64,000 nucleotides of DNA, taken from positions 1,112 through 65,111 of the forward strand of contig CAYUKU010000006.1 of the NCBI GenBank assembly GCA_964445435.1, given 5' to 3'. Both the position numbers and the translations under genes were made by a program. The DNA is from an uncultured Gammaproteobacteria bacterium (GTDB lineage: Bacteria > Patescibacteriota > Microgenomatia > UBA10105 > UBA927). This document shows, piece after piece, positions 29,173-39,274 of this stretch (position 1 is its first letter; each line of letters starts with the position of its first letter). The notes under the pieces are model-generated. The model made no database searches. It saw only the letters and a program-made list of their open reading frames with translations, and had not been told where the DNA came from.

Positions 29173-30770
29173 AGGCGTATTGTACCCGCAAGAAACACGG
29201 CAAACAAACCGACAAAGGAAATAAGATTGGCAGTTTTGCGCAATTTCGTGTCAGTAAACTCAATGCGGACCGAATGCGTTCCACGCGGCACACGAAACGT
29301 CATAAGCCCACGGAATCGTGGATCCTGGAATTCGATCTGCGAGGGAACACCATCGACGAAAACACGCCAGCCCGGGAAATACAGGGTATTTTCTACCACA
29401 CGGACGTCTGATCCTGCGTCAATCTGGTATTCATGAAGCGTTGTTGTCCTTGATTTTTGGGTAACTGTTGCATTTCCTTCGGTGACTTCTATCGGCTTTT
29501 CGGGACGATGCTCCATGAATCGCACGGACCAAATAGGACTGCTTTCCCCCGTGTCCGTCGTACTATCATAAACGCCGGAATAATAGCTTTCATGCCGGAA
29601 ACTATAAGATTTTGCCCGCCACATGTGGGTTGACGTCAGAAGTGCTATAAAAACGAGCATCCACCCTACTACCAACTTCCCACGGGAAACCGACATGATA
29701 AGTACGCTCCCCAATACGGAAGACAAAAGAACACTCACCGTCAAAAACCGCCACGGAAACTGAAACTTCTGCAAAATGGAGACGGAATTCCAAATACCTC
29801 GTGAAAACGGAGTTTGAATAAGAAGTGATAACCCGAACACAACGACACCTCCCCACAGAAACACCTGCAAACGCTTGCGGGCGTGCAGCCCATACATAGA
29901 TGTCAAAAATACAGCAACCCATCCGGCAATTCCTACTTCCTTTGTCAGGAGGTTGGTGCCGCCATAATTCCATGGAGAATAGAAAAATTGTGAGAACTCG
30001 ACGAACCGATTGGCGAAATCCCCTTTCGTGACGATATCCCGAAGTGTATATTTACCCTCAAAAAAGGCGGGAATCCAAAAAAACGCAGAGAGGGCAAAAC
30101 CTACACCGATAGAAAGGAGTGTTTCCACCCAAAAACAACGGGAACGCTTCGACTCAAATACGAAAAGATACCAAGCATACAAAAACACAAGCGGGAAAGC
30201 CATGAGGCTCACGGCGTTATGTGACAAGAGAAGGCCTGAGGTTCCTCCGATTATAAGAAGTCTGGATCGCACAATGTTTCCACGGGCAAGAAGCAACAGT
30301 CCCAGAAATATAAGAGGAGGAAATATAAACGCTACGTGCTCTCCTATAGCTCCCCGCACGTACAGATCGACGAACCGGTATGGCGCAAAACCGTATAGGA
30401 CCGCACCGACAAATCCGGCAAACGGTCCCCACGAAGTCCCCGCCCACAAAAAAAATGCAAGAACGCTTAAAGTATACGAAACCGCAAAAACAAGTTTCAC
30501 GCTATCCACAAGTCCGACTCCAAGCACGTGAAAGAAGGAGGCAATGTATGACGGCAACGGGTACAAAAACATGAGTATCGGATGTCCGTAACCCCAGTTG
30601 AGGTTAGCTGCCCATCGGGGTATAACGATTCCCTCAGCCAGTGATTGGTAAAAATTGGCAATCCTCGCGACATGATCGGGCGCATCGTGCGCATCCATAA
30701 TGCCCGGTGTCAAAAGGTTTAGAAGTGGGAGAAGTGATAGGACGAAAAGAATGAAACCGAACCGTTTCAT
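29133..30770 (-). CDS. GT-C membrane protein, PF10131-like family
   Basis: AHDAPDH, PRWAANLNWGYG, RGAIGE, QFPWRF, YFPGW. Confidence 0.8.
   Translation of the reverse strand: MKRFGFILFVLSLLPLLNLLTPGIMDAHDAPDHVARIANFYQSLAEGIVIPRWAANLNWGYGHPILMFLYPLPSYIASFFHVLGVGLVDSVKLVFAVSYTLSVLAFFLWAGTSWGPFAGFVGAVLYGFAPYRFVDLYVRGAIGEHVAFIFPPLIFLGLLLLARGNIVRSRLLIIGGTSGLLLSHNAVSLMAFPLVFLYAWYLFVFESKRSRCFWVETLLSIGVGFALSAFFWIPAFFEGKYTLRDIVTKGDFANRFVEFSQFFYSPWNYGGTNLLTKEVGIAGWVAVFLTSMYGLHARKRLQVFLWGGVVVFGLSLLIQTPFSRGIWNSVSILQKFQFPWRFLTVSVLLSSVLGSVLIMSVSRGKLVVGWMLVFIALLTSTHMWRAKSYSFRHESYYSGVYDSTTDTGESSPIWSVRFMEHRPEKPIEVTEGNATVTQKSRTTTLHEYQIDAGSDVRVVENTLYFPGWRVFVDGVPSQIEFQDPRFRGLMTFRVPRGTHSVRIEFTDTKLRKTANLISFVGLFAVFLAGTIRLWPAKKRRHSQLQ
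29179..29184 (-). promoter_or_regulatory. internal -10 box, probable leaderless promoter
   Basis: TACAAT 6 nt before ATG 29172, inside the upstream CDS. Confidence 0.45.
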
Positions 30771-32422
30771 GGAAGTATTGCCGCCTTTACAGCAATTGTA
30801 CCATCCAGATTGGCGAATCTGGCAACTTCCATCGCTCCAGGCGCAAAATCATCGGAATTTCCCACGTACAGAACTCCTTTTGTGAGAGCCTCGTTCTTCT
30901 GAATCGGGCGGAATTCGTATTTTCCGAACCTGTGCGTTTGCGCGTATCCACCGGAATCAGTCCCGCCTTCTTTCCTGTAGATGGCCGGATCATATCTGCT
31001 GTAATACAGAAAAAGCATATAGGACTGGTACAAATTCTCCTCGTTTGAAAAAACTATTTTTTCATAGGAATCTTCTTCTCTCAGGACATACCCGATTGCA
31101 CGGGAGAACGCATAATGAAATGAGCCCGATTGTTCGTACGGAAAATTGACGAAGTAATTTCTTATAAATCCCCCCAATCCGAACAAGGAAAGAAACAGGA
31201 TAGCTCCTGTTAAATATACGTTCCCCGATTTGGCAAAAGCTATGGCGTTCATAATCCCAAACGCCGTGAATACCTCCCATGCAAAAAGAGCCGGATAGGT
31301 TCTCATCGCGTGTGGAGCGCCTGTTGCTATGCCTCCCGGAAGGTTCGCCAAAAGGAGCCACAAGAAAACGCTTCTTTTCACCTTCGGATGTACGTCTTTT
31401 TTGAAGAGAAATGCAAAAAGTCCAATCAGTATAAATGGCAACTGCCAAAGGTACAAAAGTCCCGAGTTTGGGGCTTTGAACGGTTCTCCCCCTGAGTTGA
31501 AAAAAAGCCACTTCGGTCGGAAATGAGATGAATACGCCTGGACAAAAACTTCCACGGGAAATATGTACATGCTGTTTGCAATTCTTCCGATCACATCACC
31601 CTCCAAAACAGCCTTCTGCCGGCGCTCCATGCGCTTGGTGTACTCCTGCCAGTGAGCCTCGGGTTTGAAGGTACTCGTCCCGCTGAAACGTACTATCGCG
31701 CTTGGAGAAAACGTCAGTGCCGCGATCCATATGCATACCACAAAAACGGGCAGAAAAACGATGAGAAATCTTCTATTTTTCAGGAAAACAGGTGTGATAT
31801 CACGGTAATATAAAAGAAAAAGTCCTAATCCGAAAATCGGGATGAAAACCTGGCCCGCGTAATAACTGATAACGGCGACCGTAAAAAAAACAAGTGCCGG
31901 AATGAAGGAATACACGTGTCGTGCTCCCCGCAGGAAAAAATAAAACCCAAACAGAGCCGCTGAGACATATGCGTTCGTTTCATGTCCGATCCGAGAAAGA
32001 TATATATGCCATGGACTTGTAGCCCACAGGCAGGCAACCAGAAGCGATACGACATGTGCGGACTTGCCGTGTCTGCCAAACAACTCCATGGAAATCCCAT
32101 ACACGGCCCAAGTAGTTAAGACGGCAAGAAGCACTGCCGGCATTCTGATCGCAACGCTTGTGAGACCCAGAGAGCCGACGAATGGAGCAACGAGAAAAAG
32201 GTATGTGCTTCTACGCCAATCGTCATACCCCCTTTGGGATATAAAGGGAAAATCACCGAATTCGTCAACTCCTGTTTTCACAACGCTGTACGCGTTGTAG
32301 CCGATTGAGGCCTCGTCCATGGAGGTTGACGGAGGAACGCCGCCAAGATTCCATAATCGCAGCGATGCCGCCGCAAGAAGTATACCGGCAAGTACAATAT
32401 TTGAGATGACACGCATCTTCAC
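30767..32422 (-). CDS. ArnT/GT39-like GT-C glycosyltransferase
   Basis: MDEASIGYNAYS..KTGVDEFG, SPWHIYLSR, PHAMR; GTG start overlaps the upstream stop. Confidence 0.85.
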   Translation of the reverse strand: MKMRVISNIVLAGILLAAASLRLWNLGGVPPSTSMDEASIGYNAYSVVKTGVDEFGDFPFISQRGYDDWRRSTYLFLVAPFVGSLGLTSVAIRMPAVLLAVLTTWAVYGISMELFGRHGKSAHVVSLLVACLWATSPWHIYLSRIGHETNAYVSAALFGFYFFLRGARHVYSFIPALVFFTVAVISYYAGQVFIPIFGLGLFLLYYRDITPVFLKNRRFLIVFLPVFVVCIWIAALTFSPSAIVRFSGTSTFKPEAHWQEYTKRMERRQKAVLEGDVIGRIANSMYIFPVEVFVQAYSSHFRPKWLFFNSGGEPFKAPNSGLLYLWQLPFILIGLFAFLFKKDVHPKVKRSVFLWLLLANLPGGIATGAPHAMRTYPALFAWEVFTAFGIMNAIAFAKSGNVYLTGAILFLSLFGLGGFIRNYFVNFPYEQSGSFHYAFSRAIGYVLREEDSYEKIVFSNEENLYQSYMLFLYYSRYDPAIYRKEGGTDSGGYAQTHRFGKYEFRPIQKNEALTKGVLYVGNSDDFAPGAMEVARFANLDGTIAVKAAILP

Positions 32423-33492
32423 GATAATGCCTTCAGCAGTTTAAATGCACCCATTTTTGGCAGGCTTCTGTTTGCAGACAGGTTGCTCTTCCCCATGACT
32501 TTAAACGTTTTCTTGCGGTGGAGATACCAACGATAATTCTCGATGAATGATTCCAGATTCGTTTTTCGGGGACGCCATTTCAGTTTCGTTTTCAGTTTGG
32601 TCGTGTCTGCGTAAATTGAGCGGCTCATCATAGTGTATTGGTATACCCCGACGGGTGAAATATTTAACCTATCAAGGACCGCAAGCGCCCATACAGCCGG
32701 CCCCTGTGGAAGAGGCACGATGGCAGATGAGCTTCCGGCAAATTCTATAACCCCTTCGTAAAGCTTACGAAGGGGCATGTATCCGTCACCCCCGATGACA
32801 TAAATATCAAACCCTTTTTGCCTGCTTGCTCTTATCAGGGCGTCACAGACGTCTGACGCGTCCACGAACTGATAGATATTTGAACCGTCACCGAGAAGAT
32901 ACACATTTTTATTTTCGGATATAAACTCATACAGGATACTTTGCAGACCTAACCTCCCGACGCCGGTAATGACCGGACAACGGAATATTTGGATATTCAT
33001 CTTGGTTTTGTACTTCGCTAGTTCACTCTCTGCGGCCAGCTTACTCTTCCCGTATGCTTCCAAAGGGCGCGGCGGCGTTTCCTCGGTCACCGGAAGTTCG
33101 CTTGGAATCCCATACGTAACGTTGCTGGAGGTAAACACGAACGATTTCACACCGCTCCCAACCGCTTCTTTCGCAATATGAGCAGTACCTTCCACGTTGG
33201 TCTTCCACGTCATTTCATCTGATAAGGCCTTATTGGGCATCGCTGCGGCAAGATGATATACGACGTCGAACGGCCCTTCCGTCTCAAATAACCGCTTCAC
33301 GGAATCGGCATCTAGCACGTTTCCCTTCGCCCAACGCACGAATCGCGAGTAATTCACGGGCGAATGATTGCTAAGCCGGTCGAAGACTACAATGTCCTTC
33401 TCTCCCTTCTCAAGGAGGAGTCGAATAAGGTAGCTGCCCAAAAAACCCGCTCCTCCGGTGATAAGAATTCTTTTAGTTTTTGTGCTGCGCAT
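32419..33492 (-). CDS. NAD-dependent epimerase/dehydratase (extended SDR)
   Basis: TGGAGFLG, HLAA, TSSNVTYG, YGKSK. Confidence 0.88.
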   Translation of the reverse strand: MRSTKTKRILITGGAGFLGSYLIRLLLEKGEKDIVVFDRLSNHSPVNYSRFVRWAKGNVLDADSVKRLFETEGPFDVVYHLAAAMPNKALSDEMTWKTNVEGTAHIAKEAVGSGVKSFVFTSSNVTYGIPSELPVTEETPPRPLEAYGKSKLAAESELAKYKTKMNIQIFRCPVITGVGRLGLQSILYEFISENKNVYLLGDGSNIYQFVDASDVCDALIRASRQKGFDIYVIGGDGYMPLRKLYEGVIEFAGSSSAIVPLPQGPAVWALAVLDRLNISPVGVYQYTMMSRSIYADTTKLKTKLKWRPRKTNLESFIENYRWYLHRKKTFKVMGKSNLSANRSLPKMGAFKLLKALS

Positions 33493-34705
33493 ATATATAG
33501 TAAAGATAGGATTTCGGATCTCCTTCGGTGAAATTGATCGCCCTTCCCTTTTCTATTTCCTTCAACACATCCTCCCGCAATTGTGGAAGATGATTTCCGA
33601 AATTGTTGCGGAAAAAAACATTCATATTGTACGTGAGAGCGTACCCCCAAAACAAGATCAAAAGCCCCTGAATCCACACCCTCTTCAGACGCCAAAGAGT
33701 TACGGTAAGGTATGCATACATCAAAACAGCAATCGGCCTCGTTACGACGAAATAGTAATCCGATATTTCTCCGCGATACAATGAAAGAATAACAAGCGGT
33801 ACCGCAAACCACATAACGACCAAGAAACACACCCTAAGCGCAGCAGCACGGCCGTGTTCCTTAAAATAAACGGACAAAAACACGGGCAAAATGAGAAATG
33901 CAACCATCCGCAGCTCTTTAATCCCCAGAATCGCGATGAATTCGATAAGCGAATCTGATAAAAGCTGTGCAACTCTCACAAAATGAAACCCGTGATAATA
34001 GTCTTGAAAATACGAAACTACGTTTCCTTGTATAGGTCCTTTTTGCGCCCACGCAGCTATGATCGGAATAAGCCACACGGAAAAAAATACGAAACCCAGC
34101 ACGCCGTGTTTGAACACTTCTTTTTGCCGGATTATGAAAGGTGTGCAAAGGAACAGATAAAGAAAAAGGAAGACGGCCGTGAAATGTATATGGAGTGAAA
34201 ATCCTAAGGCAGCACCCAGGAGAAGCAGATATTTCGTCTTACCCTCCATGATGCGAACGAGCGAGAAAAACACAACCAGGGAAAGTGCAGGGAGAAAGAT
34301 AACCGGCCAGGCGATACGATCTTGAACAATTATTCTTGAAGAAAACGTGTATATGGCAAAGGAGACGACTGCCACATCGCTTCCGAATAATCTGCGGGCA
34401 ACCGCGAACAAAACGCCCGCCGTGCCCAGCGAAACGACAGCTGCAAACACGCCCGCTGCGACAGGATCCAATCCGAAAACCCAATAAAACGGAACGAGAA
34501 GATAATAGTACAGCGGCCCTATATGAATCGGGCTATTGAGCTTCGCGACCATTCCCTCCAGGGGCAGCTTGCCGTCAACAAGCATATCCTTCATAACCCA
34601 GGCGTTTGAAACCTGATCCCAGGTAAACTGCATACGGTTTTCTATGTCCCAAAAACGAAGAAATACGAAACTCAAAATGATAAGGACCAGAACGAGTTTT
34701 TTCAT
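33473..34705 (-). CDS. ArnT-like GT-C glycosyltransferase
   Basis: FTWDQ, GPLYYY, LHIH, ISDYYF; start MKKLVL at 34705. Confidence 0.8.
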   Translation of the reverse strand: MKKLVLVLIILSFVFLRFWDIENRMQFTWDQVSNAWVMKDMLVDGKLPLEGMVAKLNSPIHIGPLYYYLLVPFYWVFGLDPVAAGVFAAVVSLGTAGVLFAVARRLFGSDVAVVSFAIYTFSSRIIVQDRIAWPVIFLPALSLVVFFSLVRIMEGKTKYLLLLGAALGFSLHIHFTAVFLFLYLFLCTPFIIRQKEVFKHGVLGFVFFSVWLIPIIAAWAQKGPIQGNVVSYFQDYYHGFHFVRVAQLLSDSLIEFIAILGIKELRMVAFLILPVFLSVYFKEHGRAAALRVCFLVVMWFAVPLVILSLYRGEISDYYFVVTRPIAVLMYAYLTVTLWRLKRVWIQGLLILFWGYALTYNMNVFFRNNFGNHLPQLREDVLKEIEKGRAINFTEGDPKSYLYYIYAQHKN

Positions 34706-34709
34706 GAGG

Positions 34710-36368
34710 TTATTGATCGGATATTCTGATTGCTTCCGTTCCATCGAGGTAATCGATTGTCTTTTGGGCTTTGGGAATTTCCAGGGGCGTCCCGACATAC
34801 AGGATGCTGCCGTCTTTAATTTCGTTCTCCCACTCAATCGGCCGGAACTCATAGATATCAAACTTATTTCTTACTTCCTGAAACCCGCCTGAGGCGGTAC
34901 CTCCCTCTTTCAGATATCTGACAGGGTCGTACCTGAGAAAAAAGAGGAAAAACATATGCGGTTGCTCAAGGTCGGTAGAAACCACAATCTTTTTGTACCT
35001 GTTTCGGACGGCGGTTGTGTATTCTACCGCCTCTTTATATCCGTACTGCCAGTATTTGGAGTACTCGTGATTCGTGTGTCCGAAATACATGTGTGAATAG
35101 TACATGATATTCCCGAGAACAAACACTGACCCGATTGCGGCGATGCACACGATAAAGGGGTTACTCCGTTTCTCAATCAGGATTCTGACTGCGCGCGCCA
35201 CTCCAAACGCCGTAAAAATCTGAAAAACGGGCAGAAAAACGAGCGTCCTGATTCCATGGGGAAGTTCAGTTGTGGGAGCAGCTGCGACAGGTGCAATAAA
35301 AAGCCAACCCCATAAAATGGGGGCGAGTTTCCCACCGGTTTTGGCTACACGAAACATTCCCCAGAGAAGGAACGGAAGCTCCCACAGATACAGCATGCCC
35401 ATATCGGGCGCATGGTGCCTTGCGTTATCTCCTGTCAGAAAAAGCCACTTGGGAGAAAAGTGAGACAGATACCCCGAGAGGACAGTTGTGCCCCACACGA
35501 TGCGGCGGTTTTCAAAAAGCGCCCCGACTCTATCACCCTCGTTCACGTCATATTCAAGTTTAGCGACACTGCGCTTCAGAAGCCCGGTTTGATCGGCAAG
35601 CGAGCTGGTTCCCCGAAGCCGCATAAGCGTTGTCGGGTTCAAGAATACGGGCAAAAGCGGTAAGACGACCAGAAAACCCGAAACAAAAAATAAAACCAGG
35701 TCGCGCCTGTTCGTGAGCAGTGACTTGCGAAACACCACCAAAAGGATAAGTACCAATAACGGCAAAAATATTCGCTCACTGTGATAGGCGTATAACCCGA
35801 GTCCGAACAAGACGCCGCTTACCCACAGGTGCCTCCCCAACCGAATAGACCGCAAAAACAGCCCAACCGCCCAGATATTAATCGCAACACCGATATTTGC
35901 CTCAAATGCGATACGGGAAAACTGTATATGCCAGGGGGAAATAGAAAGAAGAAGAGCACTAAACAATGCAATGGTTCGCCTGCGATTCGCATCCGGCGAT
36001 TTCTCATTCCACTGTACTGCCCCCAGAAGCTCAAGCACTAAAAAATATACGCCAACGACTGCCAGTGTCCCCACGACCGCTGCCGGCACCCGCACTGACC
36101 ACGTCGATAATCCAAACAATCCTACCGCGGGAACGGTGAGATACATATACAATGGAGGCTTGTAATCATCAAACGACCGAAGGGAAAGCGGAAACTTTGT
36201 CCCATATTCATCGCGCCCTGTTTTCAGAATCGAATACGCATTGTATCCCAGGGCTACCTCATCCCAGTCGGGGCTCGGGGGGACACTCCCCAGCTGCCAA
36301 AACCGCACAAATACGGCTATCCCCATGATAAAAAGGATCGCGAAATGCTTGATAAAAAACTGTCTCAT
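34710..36368 (-). CDS. ArnT/GT39-like GT-C glycosyltransferase
   Basis: WDEVALGYNAYS, DYKPPLY, SPWHIQFSRIAFE, PHGIR. Confidence 0.87.
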   Translation of the reverse strand: MRQFFIKHFAILFIMGIAVFVRFWQLGSVPPSPDWDEVALGYNAYSILKTGRDEYGTKFPLSLRSFDDYKPPLYMYLTVPAVGLFGLSTWSVRVPAAVVGTLAVVGVYFLVLELLGAVQWNEKSPDANRRRTIALFSALLLSISPWHIQFSRIAFEANIGVAINIWAVGLFLRSIRLGRHLWVSGVLFGLGLYAYHSERIFLPLLVLILLVVFRKSLLTNRRDLVLFFVSGFLVVLPLLPVFLNPTTLMRLRGTSSLADQTGLLKRSVAKLEYDVNEGDRVGALFENRRIVWGTTVLSGYLSHFSPKWLFLTGDNARHHAPDMGMLYLWELPFLLWGMFRVAKTGGKLAPILWGWLFIAPVAAAPTTELPHGIRTLVFLPVFQIFTAFGVARAVRILIEKRSNPFIVCIAAIGSVFVLGNIMYYSHMYFGHTNHEYSKYWQYGYKEAVEYTTAVRNRYKKIVVSTDLEQPHMFFLFFLRYDPVRYLKEGGTASGGFQEVRNKFDIYEFRPIEWENEIKDGSILYVGTPLEIPKAQKTIDYLDGTEAIRISDQ

Positions 36369-37990
36369 AGATCGAAAATTTCAAGCACCGGTTCTCCGTT
36401 TAGTTTATATATTGTTGTAAGTGTCCGCGCCCCCTGGGGTTTGACGCCCGGCGGAAGAACATAGAGTGAACCTTTCTCAAACTTCGGAAGTTCGTTGCCG
36501 ACAAACTTCCACGAACCGAATCCGGATACGTGATAAAAACCTGCTGCGTCAAAATATGATTCTTTCATACTGAGAAAAAAAGAAGGATCAGTTCGCTCGT
36601 AGAACAGAACATAGGCATACGGCCTGCCGATACTTTCCGTTAGATAAACGCGTTGGTAGTTCTCTTTTATGGGAGACACGAAACGGATTGCCTCTCTATA
36701 TCCATATTGCCATTCCCCGGAAAACTCCCGCGGATAATGCACATGGTAATTATGAAGGTAATACGAGAACGCAAATACATACGCGACCACCGTCACAGCA
36801 GTAAACGTCCTCCTTACAACAGCGCCTTTCAACACCGTGAAGAACCACATAATGCCACCCGCTATAAATATGTGCCACACCGGTAGACTGTTTTCTATCC
36901 GAAGCGCGTGGGGCGTTTCACGGGCAACGGCGGCGGGCAACATGGAGGCCAGCAACCAAAAGAGTAGAAGTAATCCTTCCCGCCTGAACCGCGAAAGAAC
37001 GAAGTATACCCCGGCTACAAGAAACGGAAATTCAATGCTATAGAGCTGACCGACATCCTGGATCGAGAATTTCGGATTTCCGTCACCTCGCACAAAAAGA
37101 AACTGCGGGTCGAAGTGGTCGAAAAAATGCAAAAGATAACTTCGCAGGTACCCTATTCTTCGGTTATGCAGAATCTTTCCTAACAAAGCCTGATTATCAA
37201 ATTCTATACGGCTATTTGCAGTCAAAACTATACCGGAATCCGAAAATATGTTCACCTCTTCAAATCGCAGTCTTGCTTCCTTTGACATCAGATGAGGGGC
37301 AATAGGCAAAAGAAACACGGCCGCAATCACAATCCCGCCCATGAGCCATCGAGCCTGTTTTTGCAGATTGCCGCCAAGCCAGACAAGCACTCCTACCCCC
37401 AAAATTGGAGAAAAATACCGTGCGCTGTTAAACGTATATATACTCGCCACGAAAGGCAGAAGCGCAATAAGCCAATATCTCGGTCGTGTGCGCGTACGGC
37501 AAACCAAATACATACCCAATACGACAAAAAACACCGCAATGTTCGCCTCAAACCCGGCGCGCGAGAGTTGGATATGCCAGGGAGATATCGCAAGGAGGGC
37601 ACTTGCAAGAAGGGACAATGCTCCCACACGGAATAATTCAGAAGCGAGAAAGTATACCAGCGCAACTGTGAGGGTACCTGCGAGCCCCGAAGGCAGGCGT
37701 ACCGCCTCTTCTGTCAATCCTAGCAGTGAGACGAACGGAACGGTCGCGTATATCGATAACGGTGGTTTATAGTCTCCGTACGCAGTGAAAGTATCGAGCG
37801 GAAAAAATTTTCCGTGCTCGTCCCGACCGGTTTTGGCGATACTGTACGCGTTGTAGCCGATCGACACCTCATCCCAGGATAACGAGGGCGGGTTCACTCC
37901 TATGCCCCAAAGACGAAGAAATCCCCCAAATAAAACGATAAGTATGAGGGTGGCATCCATCCATTTACGCTTGATCATAGAGGCATTCAT
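36365..37990 (-). CDS. ArnT/GT39-like GT-C glycosyltransferase
   Basis: WDEVSIGYNAYS, DYKPPL, SPWHIQLSRAGFE, PHALR; exact start uncertain. Confidence 0.87.
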   Translation of the reverse strand: MNASMIKRKWMDATLILIVLFGGFLRLWGIGVNPPSLSWDEVSIGYNAYSIAKTGRDEHGKFFPLDTFTAYGDYKPPLSIYATVPFVSLLGLTEEAVRLPSGLAGTLTVALVYFLASELFRVGALSLLASALLAISPWHIQLSRAGFEANIAVFFVVLGMYLVCRTRTRPRYWLIALLPFVASIYTFNSARYFSPILGVGVLVWLGGNLQKQARWLMGGIVIAAVFLLPIAPHLMSKEARLRFEEVNIFSDSGIVLTANSRIEFDNQALLGKILHNRRIGYLRSYLLHFFDHFDPQFLFVRGDGNPKFSIQDVGQLYSIEFPFLVAGVYFVLSRFRREGLLLLFWLLASMLPAAVARETPHALRIENSLPVWHIFIAGGIMWFFTVLKGAVVRRTFTAVTVVAYVFAFSYYLHNYHVHYPREFSGEWQYGYREAIRFVSPIKENYQRVYLTESIGRPYAYVLFYERTDPSFFLSMKESYFDAAGFYHVSGFGSWKFVGNELPKFEKGSLYVLPPGVKPQGARTLTTIYKLNGEPVLEIFDL

Positions 37991-39227
37991 CCCAATCTTT
38001 CAGACCTCCTAATAGGAGGAGCGTCCCGATGTACGTTACGTGACTGTTGTTGAAATACCGGCTTACATACCAAACGACAAGGAGGGTAACGGCGTACGAA
38101 ACAAACAATCGTGAAATCCGAAGCTTTCTTGCCATAAATCGAAGTGCCGCAATCATAACCGGAATTCCCAAAACCGCCTGCCACAAAACGAACGGGTAGT
38201 ACTCATGGATATCACGAATAACACCGGCGTTATAAAGAACCATACCTAACCCGTATCCCGATACGGGATATCCTGTAGGCGTTCCTCCGCTTAGGTATAA
38301 GATGACGCTTTGGACAAACGCTTTTGCGTCCCATACGAGAAACGGAGCGACGAAAACAAGGGCGGTAACGAAGGCGACTAAACCGTATTTGAGTACCGTC
38401 AACGCGCTTTTATTTACACTGCGAAACATATAATAAAAATAAAATGGCAAGGAAAACCATATCGTTTGTTTGGAAATGAAACTTAACCCGAAAAGTACAG
38501 ACGACCAGAACCACGATTTTTTATCAAGAAGGTAGACTGCCCACACAAACCAAAACAGCGCGAAGGCGTCACTTCTCCCTTCGATAAAATAATGGGCAAT
38601 TCCAGGCGCGAGCGCAAAAAGGGTTGCAGCGATCCTGCCCACTTGGCGATTCTTAAACCATCGAAGAATGATATACACCGTCCCCGCAAGACAAAAAAGA
38701 AGCACCATCCGCCCGTCGAAATACCCCAACAACGGGGTAGCGGTGAAATAAAACAGAAACGGAAACAAAAGATACCAGGGAGGCATCACGAAGTGGTAGA
38801 GCGCCGGATTGACAGCGTCGCGCCCCAGTTCAGCATAATGCCAATCCTTCATCGGCGTCTCGAAATAGGTCTCCTTGTACGGATTTTTCCCTACGAGGAG
38901 AAATCTCATCGCCGCTTCCTGCTGAAGAATAATGTCGTGCACCCCATATATGGGTGCTGTCTTATGCCTATCGACGATTGACGTTACCGTAATCCCTCCC
39001 AGCACCAAAACAAGCGTCAGGCAGAAGAGCGCTGTCTTCACCCGTTCGATAAGCGCATCCTTCCACCTGGGCGGATAAAGGGAAAAAAGAACATGGAAGG
39101 CAAGCACTGCAAATATGACGCCAAACAACCAGTACGGCGTGCCTACTACCGGTAAAATTCTATACTGCATGATAAGGGGAACGGAAAGTACAAACAGGAG
39201 AATGGCATCGAGCGCCAATACGTTCAT
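37965..39227 (-). CDS. GT-C glycosyltransferase, GT87/DUF2029-like
   Basis: VHDIILQ, GKNPY, EGRSD, SKQ; multi-TM. Confidence 0.7.
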   Translation of the reverse strand: MNVLALDAILLFVLSVPLIMQYRILPVVGTPYWLFGVIFAVLAFHVLFSLYPPRWKDALIERVKTALFCLTLVLVLGGITVTSIVDRHKTAPIYGVHDIILQQEAAMRFLLVGKNPYKETYFETPMKDWHYAELGRDAVNPALYHFVMPPWYLLFPFLFYFTATPLLGYFDGRMVLLFCLAGTVYIILRWFKNRQVGRIAATLFALAPGIAHYFIEGRSDAFALFWFVWAVYLLDKKSWFWSSVLFGLSFISKQTIWFSLPFYFYYMFRSVNKSALTVLKYGLVAFVTALVFVAPFLVWDAKAFVQSVILYLSGGTPTGYPVSGYGLGMVLYNAGVIRDIHEYYPFVLWQAVLGIPVMIAALRFMARKLRISRLFVSYAVTLLVVWYVSRYFNNSHVTYIGTLLLLGGLKDWDECLYDQA

Positions 39228-39233
39228 GGAATC

Positions 39234-39242
39234 ATTGTATCA
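39234..39242 (-). promoter_or_regulatory. extended -10 (TGnTACAAT), probable leaderless promoter
   Basis: TGATACAAT 6 nt before ATG 39227. Confidence 0.6.
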
Positions 39243-39249
39243 CGGCCTC

Positions 39250-39258
39250 TGTTATAAT
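39250..39258 (+). promoter_or_regulatory. extended -10 (TGnTATAAT)
   Basis: TGTTATAAT 16 nt before ATG 39275, back to back with the opposite promoter. Confidence 0.6.
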
Positions 39259-39274
39259 CCGTATCAGAACTCTT

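Noticed and set aside
32286-32305. Exact 20-nt repeat CTGTACGCGTTGTAGCCGAT, also at 37842-37861, with a near inverted copy around 43352
   Set aside because: It encodes the conserved IGYNAYS motif of paralogous ArnT-like genes, so it is not a CRISPR or mobile-element repeat
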